64,000 nt of DNA from Nemertoderma westbladi (GCA_032718475.1 JAUCBJ010000916.1:154784-218783), one strand, 5' to 3'. Shown: positions 27,001 to 45,000, numbered from the stretch's first letter. The notes: generated by a model not told the origin, from the letters alone. Numbers and translations are program-made.

Positions 27001-30000
27001 CACTCAATCACATACACCCCAGTCACGCCTATCATATTACAGGGGCTCGATAACTCAATCACATACACCCCCGTCACGCCTATCCTATTACAGGGGCTGG
27101 ATCACTCAATCACATACACCCCCGTCACGCCTATCCTATTACAGGGGCTGGATCACTCAATCACATACACCCCCGTCACGCGTATCCTATTACAGGGGCT
27201 GGATCACTCAATCACATACACCCCCGTCACGCCTATCCTATTACAGGGGCTGGATCACTCAATCACATACCCCCTCGTCACGCCTATCCTATTACAGGGG
27301 CTGGATCACTCAATCACATACACCCCCGTCACGCCTATCCTATTACATCGGCTGGATCACTCAATCACATACACCCCCGTCACGGATATCCTATTACAGG
27401 GGCTGGATCACTCAATCACATAAACCCCCGTCATGCCTATCCTATTACAGGGGCTGGATCACGCAATCACATACACCCCCGTCACGCATTTCCTATTACA
27501 GGGGCTCGATAACTCAATCACACACACCCCCGTCACGCCTCTCCTATTACATGGGCTGGATCACTCAATCACATACACCCCCGTCACGCCTATCCTATTA
27601 CAGGGGCTGGATCACTCAATCACATACACCCCCGTCACGCCTATCCTATTACAGGGGCTGGATCACTCAATCGCATAAACCCTCATCACGCCTATCCTAT
27701 TACAGGGTCTGGATCACTCAATCACATACACCCCGGTCACGCCTATCCTATTACAGGGGCTGGATCACTCAATCACATACACTCCGTCACGCCTATCCTA
27801 TTACAGGGGCTGGATCATTCAATCACATAAACCCCCGTCACGCCTATCCTATTACAGGGGCTGAATCACTCAATCGCATACACCCCCGTCACGGCTATCC
27901 TATTACAGGTGCTGGATCACTCAATCACATACACCCCCGTCACGCCTGTCCTATTACAGGAGCTGGATCACTCAATCACATACACCCCCGTCACGCCTAT
28001 CATATTACAGGGGCTGGATATTTCAATCACATAAACCCCCGTCACGCCTATCCTATTACAGGGGCTCGATAACTCAATCACACACACCCCCGTCACGCCT
28101 ATCCTATTACAGGGGCTGGATCACTCAATCACATACACTCCGTCACGCCTATCCTATTACAGGGGCTGGATCACTCAATCACATACTCCCCCGTCACGCC
28201 TATCCTATTACAGGGGCTCGATAACTCAATCACACACACCCCCGTCACGCCTATCCTATTACATGGGCTGGATCACTCAATCACATACTCCCCCGTCACG
28301 CCTATCCTATTACAGGGGCTCGATAACTCAATCACACACACCCCCGTCACGCCTATCCTATTACAGGGGCTGGATCACTCAATCACATACTCCCCCGTCA
28401 CGCCTATCCTATTACAGGGGCTCGATAACTCAATCACACACACCCCCGTCACGCCTATCCTATTACATGGGCTGGATCACTCAATCACATACTCCCCCGT
28501 CACGCCTATCCTATTACAGGGGCTCGATAACTCAATCACACACACCCCCGTCACGCCTATCCTATTACAGGGGCTGGATCACTCAATCACATACACTCCG
28601 TCACGCCTATCCTATTACAGGGGCTGGATCACTCAATCACATACTCCCCCGTCACGCCTATCCTATTACAGGGGCTCGATAACTCAATCACACACACCCC
28701 CGTCACGCCTATCCTATTACAGGGGCTGGATCACTCAATCACATACACCCCCGTCACGCCTATCCGATTACAGGGGCTGGATCACTCAATCACATACACC
28801 CCCGTCACGCCTATCCTATTACAGGGGCTGGATCACTCAATCACATACACCCCCATCACGCGTATCCTATTACAGGGGCTGGATCACTCAATCACATACA
28901 CCCCCGTCACGCCTATCCTATTACAGGGGCTGGATCACTCAATCACATACTCCCCCGTCACGCCTATCCTATTACAGGGGCTGGATCACTCAATCACATA
29001 CAACCCCGTCACCCCTATCCTATTACAGGGGCTGGATCACTCAATCACATAAACCCCCGTCACGCTTATCCTATTACAGGGGCTGGATCACTCAATCACA
29101 TACACCCCCGTCACGCCTATCCTATTACAGGGGCTGGATCACTCAATCACATACACCCCCGTCACGGCTATCCTATTACAGGGGCTGGATCACTCAATCA
29201 CATACACCCCCATCACACTATCCTATTACAGGGACTGGATCACTCAATGAAATACACCCCCGTCACTCCTATCCTATTACAGGGGCTGGATCACTCAATC
29301 ACATACACCCCCATCACGCATATCCTATTACAGGGGCTGGATCACGCAATCACATACACCCCCGTCACGCCTATCCTATTACAGGGGCTGGATCACTCAA
29401 TCACATACTCCCTCGTCACGCCTATCCTATTATAGGGGCTGGATCACTCAATCACATACACCCCCGTCACGGCTATCCTATTACAGGGGCTGGATCACTC
29501 AATCACATACACCCCCATCACACTATCCTATTACAGGGACTGGATCACTCAATGAAATACACCCCCGTCACTCCTATCCTATTGCAGGGGCTGGATCACT
29601 CAATCACATACACCCCCATCACGCATATCCTATTACAGGGGCTGGATCACGCAATCACATACACCCCCGTCACGCATTTCCTATTACAGGGGCTCGATAA
29701 CTCAATCACACACACCCCCGTCACGCCTATCCTATTACATGGGCTGGATCACTCAATCACACACACCCCCGTCACGCCTATCCTATTACAGGGGCTGGAT
29801 CATTCAATCAAATACACCCCCGTCATGCCTCTCCTATTACAGGGGCTCGATAACTCAATCACACACACCCCCGTCACGCCTATCCTATTACATGGGCTGG
29901 ATCACTCAATCACACACACCCCCGTAACGCCTATCCTATTACAGGGGCTGGATCATTCAATCACATACACCCCCGTCATGCCTCTCCTATTACAGGGGCT

Positions 30001-33000
30001 GGATCACTCAATCACATACACCCCCGTCACGCCTATCTTATTACAGGGGCTGGATCATTCAACACATACACCCCCGTCACGCCTATCCTATTACATGGGC
30101 TGGATCACTAAATCACATACACCCCCGTCACGCCTATCCTATTACAGGGTCTGGATTACTCAATCACATACACCCCGGTCATGCCTATCATATTACAGGG
30201 GCTGGATCACTCAATCACATACACCGCCGTAACGCCTATCCTATTACAGGGGCTGGATCATTCAATCACATACACCCCCGTCACGCCTATCCTATTACAG
30301 GGGCTGGATCACTCAATCACATACACCCCCGTCACGCCTATCCTATTACGGGGGCTGGATCACTCAATCACATACACCCCCGTCACGCCTATCCTATTAC
30401 GGGGGCTGGATCATTCAATCACATACACCCCCGTCACGCCTATCCTATTACATGGGCTGGATCACTAAATCACATACACCCCCGTCACGCCTATCCTATT
30501 ACAGGGGCTGGATCATTCAATCACATACACCCCCGTCACGCCTATCCTATTACAGGGGCTGGATCACTCAATCACATACACCCCCGTCACGCCTATCCTA
30601 TTACAGGGGCTGGATCACTCAATCACATACACCCCCATCACCGCTATCCTATTACAGGGGCTGGATCACTCAATCACATACACCCCGTCACGCCTATCCT
30701 ATTACAGGGGCTGGATATTTCAATCACATACACCCCCGTCACGCCTATCCTATTACAGGGGCTGGATCACTCAATCAAATACACCCCCGTCACGGCTATC
30801 CTATTACAGGGGCTGGATCACTCAATCACATACACCCCCGTCACGCCTATCCGATTACAGGGGCTGGATCACTCAATCACATACACCCCCGTCACGGCTA
30901 TCCTATTACAGGGGTTGGATCACTCAATCACATACACCCCCGTCACGCCTATCCTATTACAGGGGCTGGATCACTCAATCACATACACCCCCGTCACGCC
31001 TATCCTATTACAGGGGCTGGATCACTCAATCACATACACCCCCGTCACGGCTATCCTATTACAGGGGCTGGATCACTCAATCACATACACCCCCGTCACG
31101 CCTATCCTATTACAGGGGCTGGATCACTCAATCACATACACCCCCGTCACGCCTATCCTATTACAGGGGCTGGATCACTCAATCAAATACACCCCCGTCA
31201 CGGCTATCCTATTACATGGGCTGGATCACTCAATCATATACACCCCCGTCACGCCTATCCTATTACAGGGGCTGGATCACTCAATCAAATACACCCCCGT
31301 CACGGCTATCCTATTACAGGGGCTGGATCACTCAATGACATACACCCCCGTCACGGCTATCCTATTACAGGGGCTGGATCACTCAATGACATACACCCCC
31401 GTCACGGCTATCCTATTACAGGGGCTGGATCACTCAATGACATACACCCCCGTCACGCCTATCCTATTACAGGGGCTGGATCACTCAATCACATACACCC
31501 CCGTCACGCCTATCCTATTACAGGGGCTGGATCACTCAATCACATACACCCCCGTCACGGCTATCCTATTACAGGGGCTGGATCACTCAATCACATACAC
31601 CCCCGTCACGCCTATCCTATTACAGGGGCTGGATCACTCAATCACATACACCCCCGTCACGCCTATCCTATTACAGGGGCTGGATCACTCAATCGCATAC
31701 ACCCCCGTCACGGCTATCCTATTACAGGGTCTGGATCACTCAATCACATACACCCCAGTCACGCATTTCCTATTACAGGGGCTGGATCACTCAATCACAT
31801 ACACCCCTGTCACGCCTATCCTATTACAGGGTCTGGATCACTCAATCACATACACCCCGGTCACGCCTATCCTATTACAGGGGCTGGATCACTCAATCAC
31901 ATACAGTCCGTCACGCCTATCCTATTACAGGGGCTGGATCAATCAATCACATACACCCCCGTCACGCCTATCCTATTACAGGGTCTGGATTACTCAATCA
32001 CATACACCCCGGTCATGCCTATCATATTACAGGGGCTGGATCACTCAATCACATACACCCCCGTAACGCCTATCCTATTACAGGGGCTGGATCATTCAAT
32101 CACATACACCCCCGTCACGCCTATCCTATTACAGGGGCTGGATCACTCAATCACATACACCACCGTCACGCCTATCCTATTACAGGGGCTGGATCATTCA
32201 ATCACATACACCCCCGTCACGCCTATCCTATTACATGGGCTGGATCACTCAATCACATACACCCCCGTCACACTATCCTATTACAGGGACTGGATCACTC
32301 AATGACATACACCCCCGTCACGCCTATCCTATTACAGGGGCTGGATCACTCAATGACATACACCCCCGTCATGCCTATCCTATTACAGGGGCTGGATCAC
32401 TCAATCACATACACCCCAGTCACGCCTATCATATTACAGGGGCTCGATAACTCAATCACATACACCCCCGTCACGCCTATCCTATTACAGGGGCTGGATC
32501 ACTCAATCACATACACCCCCGTCACGCCTATCCTATTACAGGGGCTGGATCACTCAATCACATACACCCCCGTCACGCGTATCCTATTACAGGGGCTGGA
32601 TCACTCAATCACATACACCCCCGTCACGCCTATCCTATTACAGGGGCTGGATCACTCAATCACATACACCCTCGTCACGCCTATCCTATTACAGGGGCTG
32701 GATCACTCAATCACATACACCCCCGTCACGCCTATCCTATTACATCGGCTGGATCACTCAATCACATACACCCCCGTCACGGATATCCTATTACAGGGGC
32801 TGGATCACTCAATCACATACACCCCCGTCATGCCTATCCTATTACAGGGGCTGGATCACGCAATCACATACACCCCCGTCACGCATTTCCTATTACAGGG
32901 GCTCGATAACTCAATCACACACACCCCCGTCACGCCTCTCCTATTACATGGGCTGGATCACTCAATCACATACACCCCCGTCACGCCTATCCTATTACAG

Positions 33001-36000
33001 GGGCTGGATCACTCAATCACATACACCCCCGTCACGGCTATCCTATTACAGGGGCTGGATCACTCAATCACATACACCTCCGTCACGCCTATCCTATTAC
33101 AGGGGCATGATCATTCATTCACATACACCCCCGTCACGCCTATCCTATTACAGGGGCTGGATCACTCAATCACATACACCCCCGTCACGTCTATCCTATT
33201 ACAGGGGCTGGATCACTCAATCACATACACCCCCGTCACGCCTATCCTATTACAGGGTCTGGATCACTCAATCACATACACCCCCGTCACGCCTATCCTA
33301 TTACAGGGGCTGGATCACTCAATCACACACACCCCCGTCACGCCTATCCTATTACATGGTCTGGATCACTCAATCACATACACCCCCGTCACGCCTATCC
33401 TATTACAGGGGCTGGATCACTCAATCACATACTCCCCCGTCACGCCTATCCTATTACAGGGGCTGGATCACTCAATCACATACACCCCCGTCACGGCTAT
33501 CCTATTACAGGGGCTGGATCACTCAATCACATACACCCCCGTCACGCCTATCCTATTACAGGGGCTGGATCACTCAATCACATACACCCCGGTTATGCCT
33601 ATCATATTAAGGGGCTGGATCACTCAATCACATACACCCCCGTAACGCCTATCCTATTACAGGGGCTGGATCATTCAATCACATACACCCCCGTCACGCC
33701 TATCCTATTACAGGGGCTGGATCACTCAATCACATACACCCCCGTCACGCCTATCCTATTACAGGGGCTGGATCATTCAATCACATACACCCCCGTCACT
33801 CCTATCCTATTACATCGGCTGGATCACTAAATCACATACACCCCCGTCACGCCTATCCTATTACAGGGTCTGGATTAGTCAATCACATACACCCCGGTCA
33901 TGCCTATCATATTACAGGGGTTGGATCACTCAATCACATACACCCCCGTCACGCCTATCCTATTACAGGGGCTGGATCATTCAATCACATACACCCCCGT
34001 CACGCCTATCCAATTACAGGGGCTGGATCACTCAATCACATACACCCCCGTCACGCCTATCCTATTACAGGGGCTGGATCACTCAATCACATACACCCCC
34101 GTCACGGCTACCCTATTACAGGGGCTGGATCACTCAATCACATACTCCCCCGTCACGCCTATCCTATTACAGGGGCTGGATCATTCAATCACATACACCC
34201 CCGTCACGGCTATCCTATTACAGGGGCTGGATCACTCAATCACATACACCCCGTCACGCCTATCCTATTACTGGGACTGGATCACTCAATGACATACACC
34301 CTCGTCACGCCTATCCTATTACAGGGGCTGGATCACTCAATGACATACACCCCCGTCACGCCTATCCTATTACGGGTGCTCAATAACTCAATCACACACA
34401 CCCCCGTCACGCCTATCCTATTACAGGGTCTGGATCACTCAATCACATACACCCCCGTCGCGCCTATCCTATTACGGGGGCTCGATAACTCAATCACACA
34501 CACCCCCATCACGCCTATCCTATTACAGGGTCTGGATCACTCAATCACATACACCCCAGTCATGCCTATCCTATTACAGGGGCTGGATCACTCAATCACA
34601 TACACCCCCGTCACGCCTATCCTATTCCATGGGCTGGATCACTCAATCACATACACCCCCGCCACGCCTATCCTATTACAGGGGCTTGATAACTCGATCA
34701 CACACACCCCCGTCACGCCTATCCTATTACAGGGTCTGGATCACTCAATCACATACACCCCCGTCACGCCTATCCTATTACAGGGGCTCGATAACTCAAT
34801 CACACACACCCCCGTCACGCCTATCCTATTACATGGGATGGATCACTCAATCACATACACCCCCGTCACGCCTATCCTATTACAGGGGCTGGATCACTCA
34901 ATCACATACACCCCCGTCACGGCTATCCTATTACAGGGGCTGGATCACTCAAGCACATACACCCCCGTCACGCCTATCCTATTACAGGGGCTGGATCACT
35001 CAATCACATACACCCCAGTCATGCCTATCATATTACAGGGGCTGGGTCACTCAATCACATACACCCCCGTTACGCCTATCCTATTACAGGGGCTGGATCG
35101 TTCAATCACATACACCCCCGTCACGCCTATCCTATTACAGGGGCTGGATCACTCAATCACATACACCCCCGTCACGCCTATCCTTTTACAGGGGCAGGAT
35201 CATTCAATCACATACACCCCCGTCACGCCTATCCTATTACATGGGCTGGATCACTAAATCCAATACACCCCCGTCACGCCTATCCCATTACAGGGTCTGG
35301 AATACTCAATCACATACACCCCGGTCATGCCTATCATATTACAGGGGCTGGATCACTCAATCACATATACCCCCGTCACGGCTATCATATTACAGGGGCT
35401 GGATCATTCAATCACATACACTCCCGTCACGCCTATCCTATTACAGGGGCTGGATCACACAATTACATACACCCCTGTCACGCCTATCCTATAACAGGGG
35501 CTGGATCACTCAATCACATACACCCCCGTCACGGCTATCCTATTACAGGGGCTGGATCACTCAATCACATACTCCCCCGTCACGCCTATCCTATTACATG
35601 GGCTGGATCACTCAATCACACACACCCCCGTCACGCCTATCCTATTACAGGGTCTGGATCACCCAATCACATACACCCCCGTCGCGCCTATCCTATTACG
35701 GGGGCTAGAAAACTCAATCTCACACACCCCCGTCACGCCTATCCTATTACAGGGTCTGGATCACTCAATTACATACACCCCCGTCACGCCTATCCTATTA
35801 CAGGGGCTGGATCACTCAATCACATACACCCCCGTCACGCCTATCCTATTACATGGGCTGGATCACTCAATCACATACACCCCCGTCACGCCTATCCTAT
35901 TACAGGGGCTCGATAACTCAATCACACACACCCCCATCACGCCTATCCTATTACAGGGTCTGGATCACTCAATCACATACACCCCCGTCACGCCTATCCT

Positions 36001-39000
36001 ATTACAGGGGCTCGATAACTCAATCACACACACCCCCGTCACGCCTATCCTATTACATGGGCTGGATCACTCAATCACATACACCCCGTCACGCCTATCC
36101 TATTACAGGGGCTGGATCACTCAATCACATACACCCCCGTCACGGCTATCCTATTACAGGGGCTGGATCACCCAATCACATACACCTCCGTCACGCCTAT
36201 TCTATTACAGGGGCATGATCATTCATTCACATACACCCCCGTCATGCCTATCCTATTACAGGGGCTGGATCACTCAATCACATACACCCCCGTCACGCCT
36301 ATCCTATTACAGGGGCTGGATCACTCAATCACATACACCCCCGTCACGGCTATCCTATTACAGGGGCTGGATCACTCAATCACATACACTCCCGTCACGC
36401 CTATCCTATTACAGGGGCTGGATCACTCAATCACATACACCCCCGTCACGGCTATCCTATTACAGGGTCTGGATCACTCAATCACATACACCCCCATCAC
36501 GCTTTTCCTATTACAGGGGCTAGAAAACTCAATCACACACACCCCCGTCACGCCTATCCTATTACAGGGTCTGGATCACTCAATTACATACACCCCCGTC
36601 ACGCCTATCCTATTACAGGGGCTGGATCACTCAATCACATACACCCCCGTCACGCCTATCCTATTACATGGGCTGGATTACTCAATCACATACACCCCCG
36701 TCCCAGCTATCCTATTACAGGGGCTGGATCACTCAATCACATACACCCCCGTCAAGCCTATCCTATTACAGGGTCTGGATCACTCAATCACATACACCCC
36801 CGTCACGCCTATCCTATTACAGGGGCTCGATAACTCAATCACACACACCCCCGTCACGCCCATCCTATTACATGGGCTGGATCACTCAATCACATACACC
36901 CCCGTCACGCCTATCCTATTACAGGGGCTGGATCACTCAATCACATACACCCCCGTCACGGCTATCCTATTACAGGGGCTGGATCACTCAATCACATACA
37001 CACCCGTCACGCCTGTCCTATTACAGGGGCTGGATCACTCAATCACATACACCCCGTCACGCCTATCCTATTACATGGTTTGGATCACTCAATCACATTC
37101 ACCCCCGTCACGCCTATCCTATTACAGGGGCTGGATCACTCAATCACATACACCCCCGTCACGCCTATCCTATTACATGGTTTGGATCACTCAATCACAT
37201 TCACCCCCGTCACGCCTGTCCTATTACAGGGCAGGGGCTGGATCACTCAATCACATACACACCCGTAACGCCTGTCCTATTACAGGGGCTGGATCACTCA
37301 ATCACATACACCCCCGTCACGCCTATCCTATTACATGGTTTGGATCACTCAATCACATTCACCCCCGTCACGCCTGTCCTATTACAGGGCAGGGGCTGGA
37401 TCACTCAATCACATACACCTCCGTCACGCCTATCCTATTACAGGGGCATGATCATTCATTCACATACACCCCCGTCACGCCTATCCTATTACAGGGGCTG
37501 GATCACTCAATCACATACACCCCCGTCACGCCTATCCTATTACAGGGGCTGGATCACTCAATCACATACACCCCCGTCACGGCTATCCTATTACAGGGGC
37601 TGGATCACTCAATCACATACACTCCCGTCACGCCTATCCTATTACAGGGGCTGGATCACTCAATCACATACACCCCCGTCACGGCTATCCTATTACAGGG
37701 TCTGGATCACTCAATCACATACACCCCCGTCACGCTTTTCCTATTACAGGGGCTGGATCACTCAATCACATACACCCCTGTCACGCCTATCCTATTACAG
37801 GGGCTGGATCAGTCAATCACAAACACCCCCGTCCCGGCTATCCTATTACAGGGGCTGGATCACTCAATCACATACACCCCCGTCACGCCTATCCTATTAC
37901 AGGGGCTGGATCACTCAATCACATACACCCCGGTCATGCCTATCATATTACAGGGGCTGGATCACTCAATCACATACACCCCCGTCACGCCTATCATATT
38001 ACAGGGGCTGGATCACGCAATCACATACACCCCCGTCACCCCTATCCTATTACAGGGGCTGGATCACTCAATCACATACACCCCCGTCACGGCTATCCTA
38101 TTACAGGGCATGGATCACTCAATCACATACACCCCCGTCACGGCTATCCTATTACAGGGTCTGGATCACTCAATCACATACACCCCCGTCACGGCTATCC
38201 TATTGCAGGGGCTGGATCACTCAATCACATACTCCCCCGTCACGCCTATCCTATTACAGGGGCTGGATCACTCAATCACATACACCCCCGTCGTCACCCC
38301 TATCCTATTACAGGGGCTGGATCACTCAATCACATACACCCCCGTCACCCCTATCCTATTATAGGGGCTGGATCACTCAATCACATACACCCCCATCACG
38401 GCTATCCTATTACAGGGTCTGGATCACTCAATCACATACACCCCCGTCACGGATATCCTATTACAGGGGCTGGATCACTCAATCACATACACCCCCGTCA
38501 CGCCTATCCTATTACAGGGGATGGATCACTCAATCACATACACCCCCGTCGTCACCCCTATCCTATTACAGGGGCTGGATCACTCAATCACATACACCCC
38601 CGTCACGTCTATCCTATTACATGGGCTCGATAACTCAATCACACACACCCACGTCACGCCTATCCTATTACAGGGTCTGGATCACTCAATCCCATACACC
38701 CCCGTCACGCCTATCCTATTACAGGGTCTGGAATACTCAATCACATACACCCTGGTCATGCCTATCATATTACAGGGGCTGGATCACTCAATCACATACA
38801 CCCCCGTCACGCCTATCCTATTACAGGGGCTGGATCATTCAATCACATACACCCCCGTCACGCCTATCCTATTACAGGGGCTGGATCACTCAATCACATA
38901 CACCCCCGTCACGCCTATCCTATTACAGGGGCTGGATCGTTCAATCACATACACCCCCGTCACGCCTATCCTATTACAGGGGCTGGATCGTTCAATCACA

Positions 39001-42000
39001 TACACCCCCGTCACGCCTATCCTATTACAGGGGCTGGATCACTCAATCACATACACCCCCGTCACGCCTATCCTATTACAGGGGCAGGATCATTCAATCA
39101 CATACACCCCCGTCACGCCTATCCTATTACAGGGGCTGGATCACTAAATCCCATAAACCCCCGTCACGCCTATCCTATTACAGGGTCTGGAATACTCAAT
39201 CACACACACCCCCGTCACGGCTATCCTATTACAGGGTCTGGATCACTCAATCACATACACCCCCGTCACGCCTATCCTATTACAGGGTCTGGATCACTCA
39301 ATCGCATACACCCCCATCACGCATATCCTATTACAGGGGCAGGATCATTCAATCACATACACCCCCGTCACGCCTATCCTATTACAGGGGCTGGATCACT
39401 AAATCCCATACACCCCCGTCACGCCTATCCTATTACAGGGTCTGGAATACTCAATCACACACACCCCCGTCACGGCTATCCTATTACAGGGTCTGGATCA
39501 CTCAATCACATACACCCCCGTCACGCCTATCCTATTACAGGGGCTAGATCACTCAATCACATACACCCCCGTCACGCCTATCCTATTACAGGGGCTGGAT
39601 CACTCAATCACATACACCCCCGTCACGCCTATCCTATTACAGGGTCTGGATCACTCAATCCCATACACCCCCGTCACGCCTATCCTATTACAGGGACTGG
39701 ATCACTAAATCCCATACACCCCCGTCACGCCTATCCTATTACAGGGTCTGGAATACTCAATCACACACACCCCCGTCACGGCTATCCTATTACAGGGTCT
39801 GGATCACTCAATCACATACACCCCCGTCACGCCTATCCTATTACAGGGGCTGGATCACTCAATCACATACACCCCCGTCACGCCTATCCTATTACAGGGG
39901 CAGGATCATTCAATCACATACACCCCGTCACGCCTATCCTATTACAGGGGCTGGATCACTAAATCCCATACACCCCCGTCACGCCTATCCTATTACAGGG
40001 TCTGGAATACTCAATCACACACACCCCCGTCACGCCTATCCTATTACAGGGTCTGGATCACTCAATCGCATACACCCCCATCACGCATATCCTATTACAG
40101 GGGCTGGATCATTCAATCACATACACCCCCGTCACGCCTATCCTATTACAGGGACTGGATCACTAAATCCCATACACCCCCGTCACGCCTATCCTATTAC
40201 AGGGTCTGGAATACTCAATCACACACACCCCCGTCACGGCTATCCTATTACAGGGTCTGGATCACTCAATCACATACACCTCCGTCACGCCTATCCTATT
40301 ACAGGGGCAGGATCATTCAATCACATACACCCCCGTCACGCCTATCCTATTACAGGGGCTGGATCACTCAATCACATACACCCCCGTCACGCCTATCCTA
40401 TTACAGGGGCAGGATCATTCAATCACATACACCCCGTCACGCCTATCCTATTACAGGGGCTGGATCACTAAATCCCATACACCCCCGTCACGCCTATCCT
40501 ATTACAGGGTCTGGAATACTCAATCACACACACCCCCGTCACGGCTATCCTATTACAGGGTCTGGATCACTCAATCACATACACCCCCGTCACGCCTATC
40601 CTATTACAGGGTCTGGATCACTCAATCGCATACACCCCCATCACGCCTATCCTATTACAGGGGCTGGATCACTCAATCACATACATCCCCGTCACGCCTA
40701 TCCTATTACAGGGGGTGGATCACTCAATCACATACACCCCCGTCGTCACCCCTATCCTATTACAGGGGCTGGATCACTCAATCACATACACCCTCGTCAC
40801 GGCTATCCTATTACAGGGGCTCGATAACTCAATCACACACACCCCCGTCGCGCCTATCCTATCACAGGGTCTGGATCACTCAATCACATACACCTCCGTC
40901 ACGCCTATCCTATTACAGGGTCTGGATCACTCAATCACATACACCCCCGTCGCGCCTATCCTATTACGGGGGCTCGATAACTCAATCACACACACCCCCG
41001 TCACGCCTATCCTATTACAGGGTCTGGATCACTCAATCACATACACCCCCGTCCCGGCTATCCTATTACAGGGGCTGGATCACTCAATCACATACACCCC
41101 GGTTATGCCTATCATATTACAGGGGCTGGATCACTCAATCACACACACCCCCGTCACGCCTATCCTATTACAGTGTCTGGATCACTCAATCACATACACC
41201 CCCGTCGCGCCTATCCTATTACGGGGGCTCGATAACTCAATCACACACACCCCCGTCACGCCTATCCTATTACAGGGTCTGGATCACTCAATCACATACA
41301 CCCCCGTCCCGGCTATCCTATTACAGGGGCTGGATCACTCAATCATATACACCCCCGTCACGCCTATCCTATTACAGGGGCTGGATCACTCAATCACATA
41401 CACCCCGGTTATGCCTATCATATTACAGGGGCTGGATCACTCAATCACATACACCCCCGTCACGCCTATCCTATTACAGGGGCTGGATCATTCAATCACA
41501 TACACCCCCGTCACGCATATCCTATTACAGGGGCTGGATCACTCAATCACATACACCCCCGTCACCCCTATCCTATTACAGGGGCTGGATCACTCAATCA
41601 CATACACCCCCGTCACGGCTATCCTATTACAGGGCATGGATCACTCAATCACATACACCCCCGTCACGGCTATCCTATTACAGGGTCTGGATCACTCAAT
41701 CACATACACCCCCGTCACGGCTATCCTATTGCAGGGGCTGGATCACTCAATCACATACTCCCCCGTCACGCCTATCCTATTACAGGGGCTGGATCACTCA
41801 ATCACATACACCCCCGTCACGCCTATCCTATTACTGGGTCTGGATTACTCAATCACATACACCCCGGTCATGCCTATCATATTACAGGGGCTGGATCACT
41901 CAATCACATATACCCCCGTCACGGCTATCATATTACAGGGGCTGGATCATTCAATCACATACACTCCCGTCACGCCTATCCTATTACAGGGGCTGGATCA

Positions 42001-45000
42001 CACAATCACATACACCCCCGTCACGCCTATCCTATTACAGGGGCTGGATCACTCAATCACATACACCCCCGTCACGGCTATCCTATTACAGGGGCTGGAT
42101 CACTCAATCACATACTCCCCCGTCACGCCTATCCTATTACATGGGCTGGATCACTCAATCACACACACCCCCGTCACGCCTATCCTATTACAGGGTCTGG
42201 ATCACCCAATCACATACACCCCCGTCGCGCCTATCCTATTACGGGGGCTAGAAAACTCAATCACACACACCCCCGTTACGCCTATCCTATTACAGGGTCT
42301 GGATCACTCAATTACATACACCCCCGTCACGCCTATCCTATTACAGGGGCTGGATCACTCAATCACATACACCCCTGTCACGCCTATCCTATTACATGGG
42401 CTGGATTACTCAATCACATACACCCCGGTCACGCCTATCCTATTACAGGGGCTCGATAACTCAATCACACACACCCCCATCACGCCTATCCTATTACAGG
42501 GTCTGGATCACTCAATCACATACACCCCCGTCACGCCTATCGTATTACAGGGGCTCGATAACTCAATCACACACACCCCCGTCACGCCTATCCTATTACA
42601 TGGGCTGGATCACTCAATCACATACACACCCGTCACGCCTATCCTATTACAGGGGCTGGATCACTCAATCACATACACCCCCGTCACAGCTATCCTATTA
42701 CAGGGGCTGGATCACTCAATCACATACACCTCCGTCACGCCTATTACAGGGGCATGATCATTCATTCACATACACCCCTGACACGCCTATCCTATTACAG
42801 GGGCTGGATCACTCAATCACATACACCTCCGTCACGCCTATTACAGGGGCATGATCATTCATTCACATACACACCCGTCACGCCTATCCTATTACAGGGG
42901 CTGGATCACTCAATCACATACACCCCCGTCACGCCTATCCTATTACAGGGGCTGGATCTCTCAATCACATACACCCCTGTCACGCCTATCCTATTACAGG
43001 GGCTGGATCAGTCAATCACATACACCCCCGTACTGGCTATCCTATTACAGGGGCTGGATCACTCAATCACACACACCCCCGTCACGCCTATCCTATTACA
43101 GGGGCTGGATCACTCAATCACATACACCCCGGTCATGCCTATCATATTACAGGGGCTGGATCACTCAATCACATACACCCCCGTCACGCCTATCCTATTA
43201 CAGGGGCTGGATCACTCAATCACATACACCCCCGTCACCCCTATCCTATTACAGGGGCTGGATCACTCAATCACATACACCCCCGTCACGGCTATCCTAT
43301 TACAGGGCATGGATCACTCAATCACATACACCCCTGTCACGCCTATCCTATTACAGGGGCTGGATCAGTCAATCACATACACCCCCGTACCGGCTATCCT
43401 ATTACAGGGGCTGGATCACTCAATCACATACACCCCCGTCACGCCTATCCTATTACAGGGGCTGGATCACTCAATCACATACACCCCGGTCATGCCTATC
43501 ATATTACAGGGGCTGGATCACTCAATCACATACACCCCCGTCACGCCTATCCTATTACAGGGGCTGGATCACTCAATCACATACACCCCCGTCACCCCTA
43601 TCCTATTACAGGGGCTGGATCACTCAATCACATACACCCCCGTCACGGCTATCCTATTACAGGGCATGTATCACTCAATCACATACACCCCCGTCACGGC
43701 TATCCTATTACAGGGTCTGGATTACTCAATCACATACACCCCCGTCACGGCTATCCTATTGCAGGGGCTGGATCACTCAATCACATACTCCCCCGTCACG
43801 CCTATCCTATTACAGGGGCTGGATCACTCAATCACATACACCCCCGTCGTCACCCCTATCCTATTATAGGGGCTGGATCACTCAATCACATACACCCCCG
43901 TCACGGCTATCCTATTACAGGGTCTGGATCACTCAATCACATACACCCCCGTCACGGATATCCTATTACAGGGGCTGGATCACTCAATCACATACTCCCC
44001 CGTCACGCCTATCCTATTACAGGGGATGGATCACTCAATCACATACACCCCCGTCGTCACCCCTATCCTATTACAGGGGCTGGATCACTCAATCACATAC
44101 ACCACCGTCACGTCTATCCTATTACAGGGGCTCGATAACTCAATCACACACACCCACGTCACGCCTATCCTATTACAGGGTCTGGATCACTCAATCCCAT
44201 ACACCCCCGTCACGCCTATCCTATTACAGGGTCTGGAATACTCAATCACATATACCCCGGTCATGCCTATCCTATTACAGGGGCTGGATCATTCAATCAC
44301 ATGCACCCCCGTCACGCCTATCCTATTACAGGGGCTGGATCACTCAATCACATACACCCCCGTCACGCCTATCCTATTACAGGGGCTCTATCGTTCAATC
44401 ACATACACCCCCGTCACGCCTATCCTATTACAGGGGCTGGATCGTTCAATCACATACACCCCCGTCACGCCTATCCTATTACAGGGGCTGGATCACTCAA
44501 TCACATACACCCCCGTCACGCCTATCCTATTACAGGGGCAGGATCATTCAATCACATACACCCCCGTCATGCCTATCCTATTACAGGGGCTGGATCACTA
44601 AATCCCATACACCCCCGTCACGCCTATCCTATTACAGGGTCTGGAATACTCAATCACACACACCCCCGTCACGGCTATCCTATTACAGGGTCTGGATCAC
44701 TCAATCACACACACCCCGTCACGCCTATCCTATTACATGGTCTGGATCACTCAATCACATACACCCCCGTCACGCCTATCCTATTACAGGGTCTGGATCA
44801 CTCAATCGCATACACCCCCATCACGCATATCCTATTACAGGGGCTCGATAACTCAATCACATACACCCCCGTCGTCACCCCTATCCTATTACAGGGGCTG
44901 GATCACTCAATCACATACACCCTCGTCACGGCTATCCTATTACAGGGGCTCGATAACTCAATCACACACACCCCCGTCGCGCCTATCCTATCACAGGGTC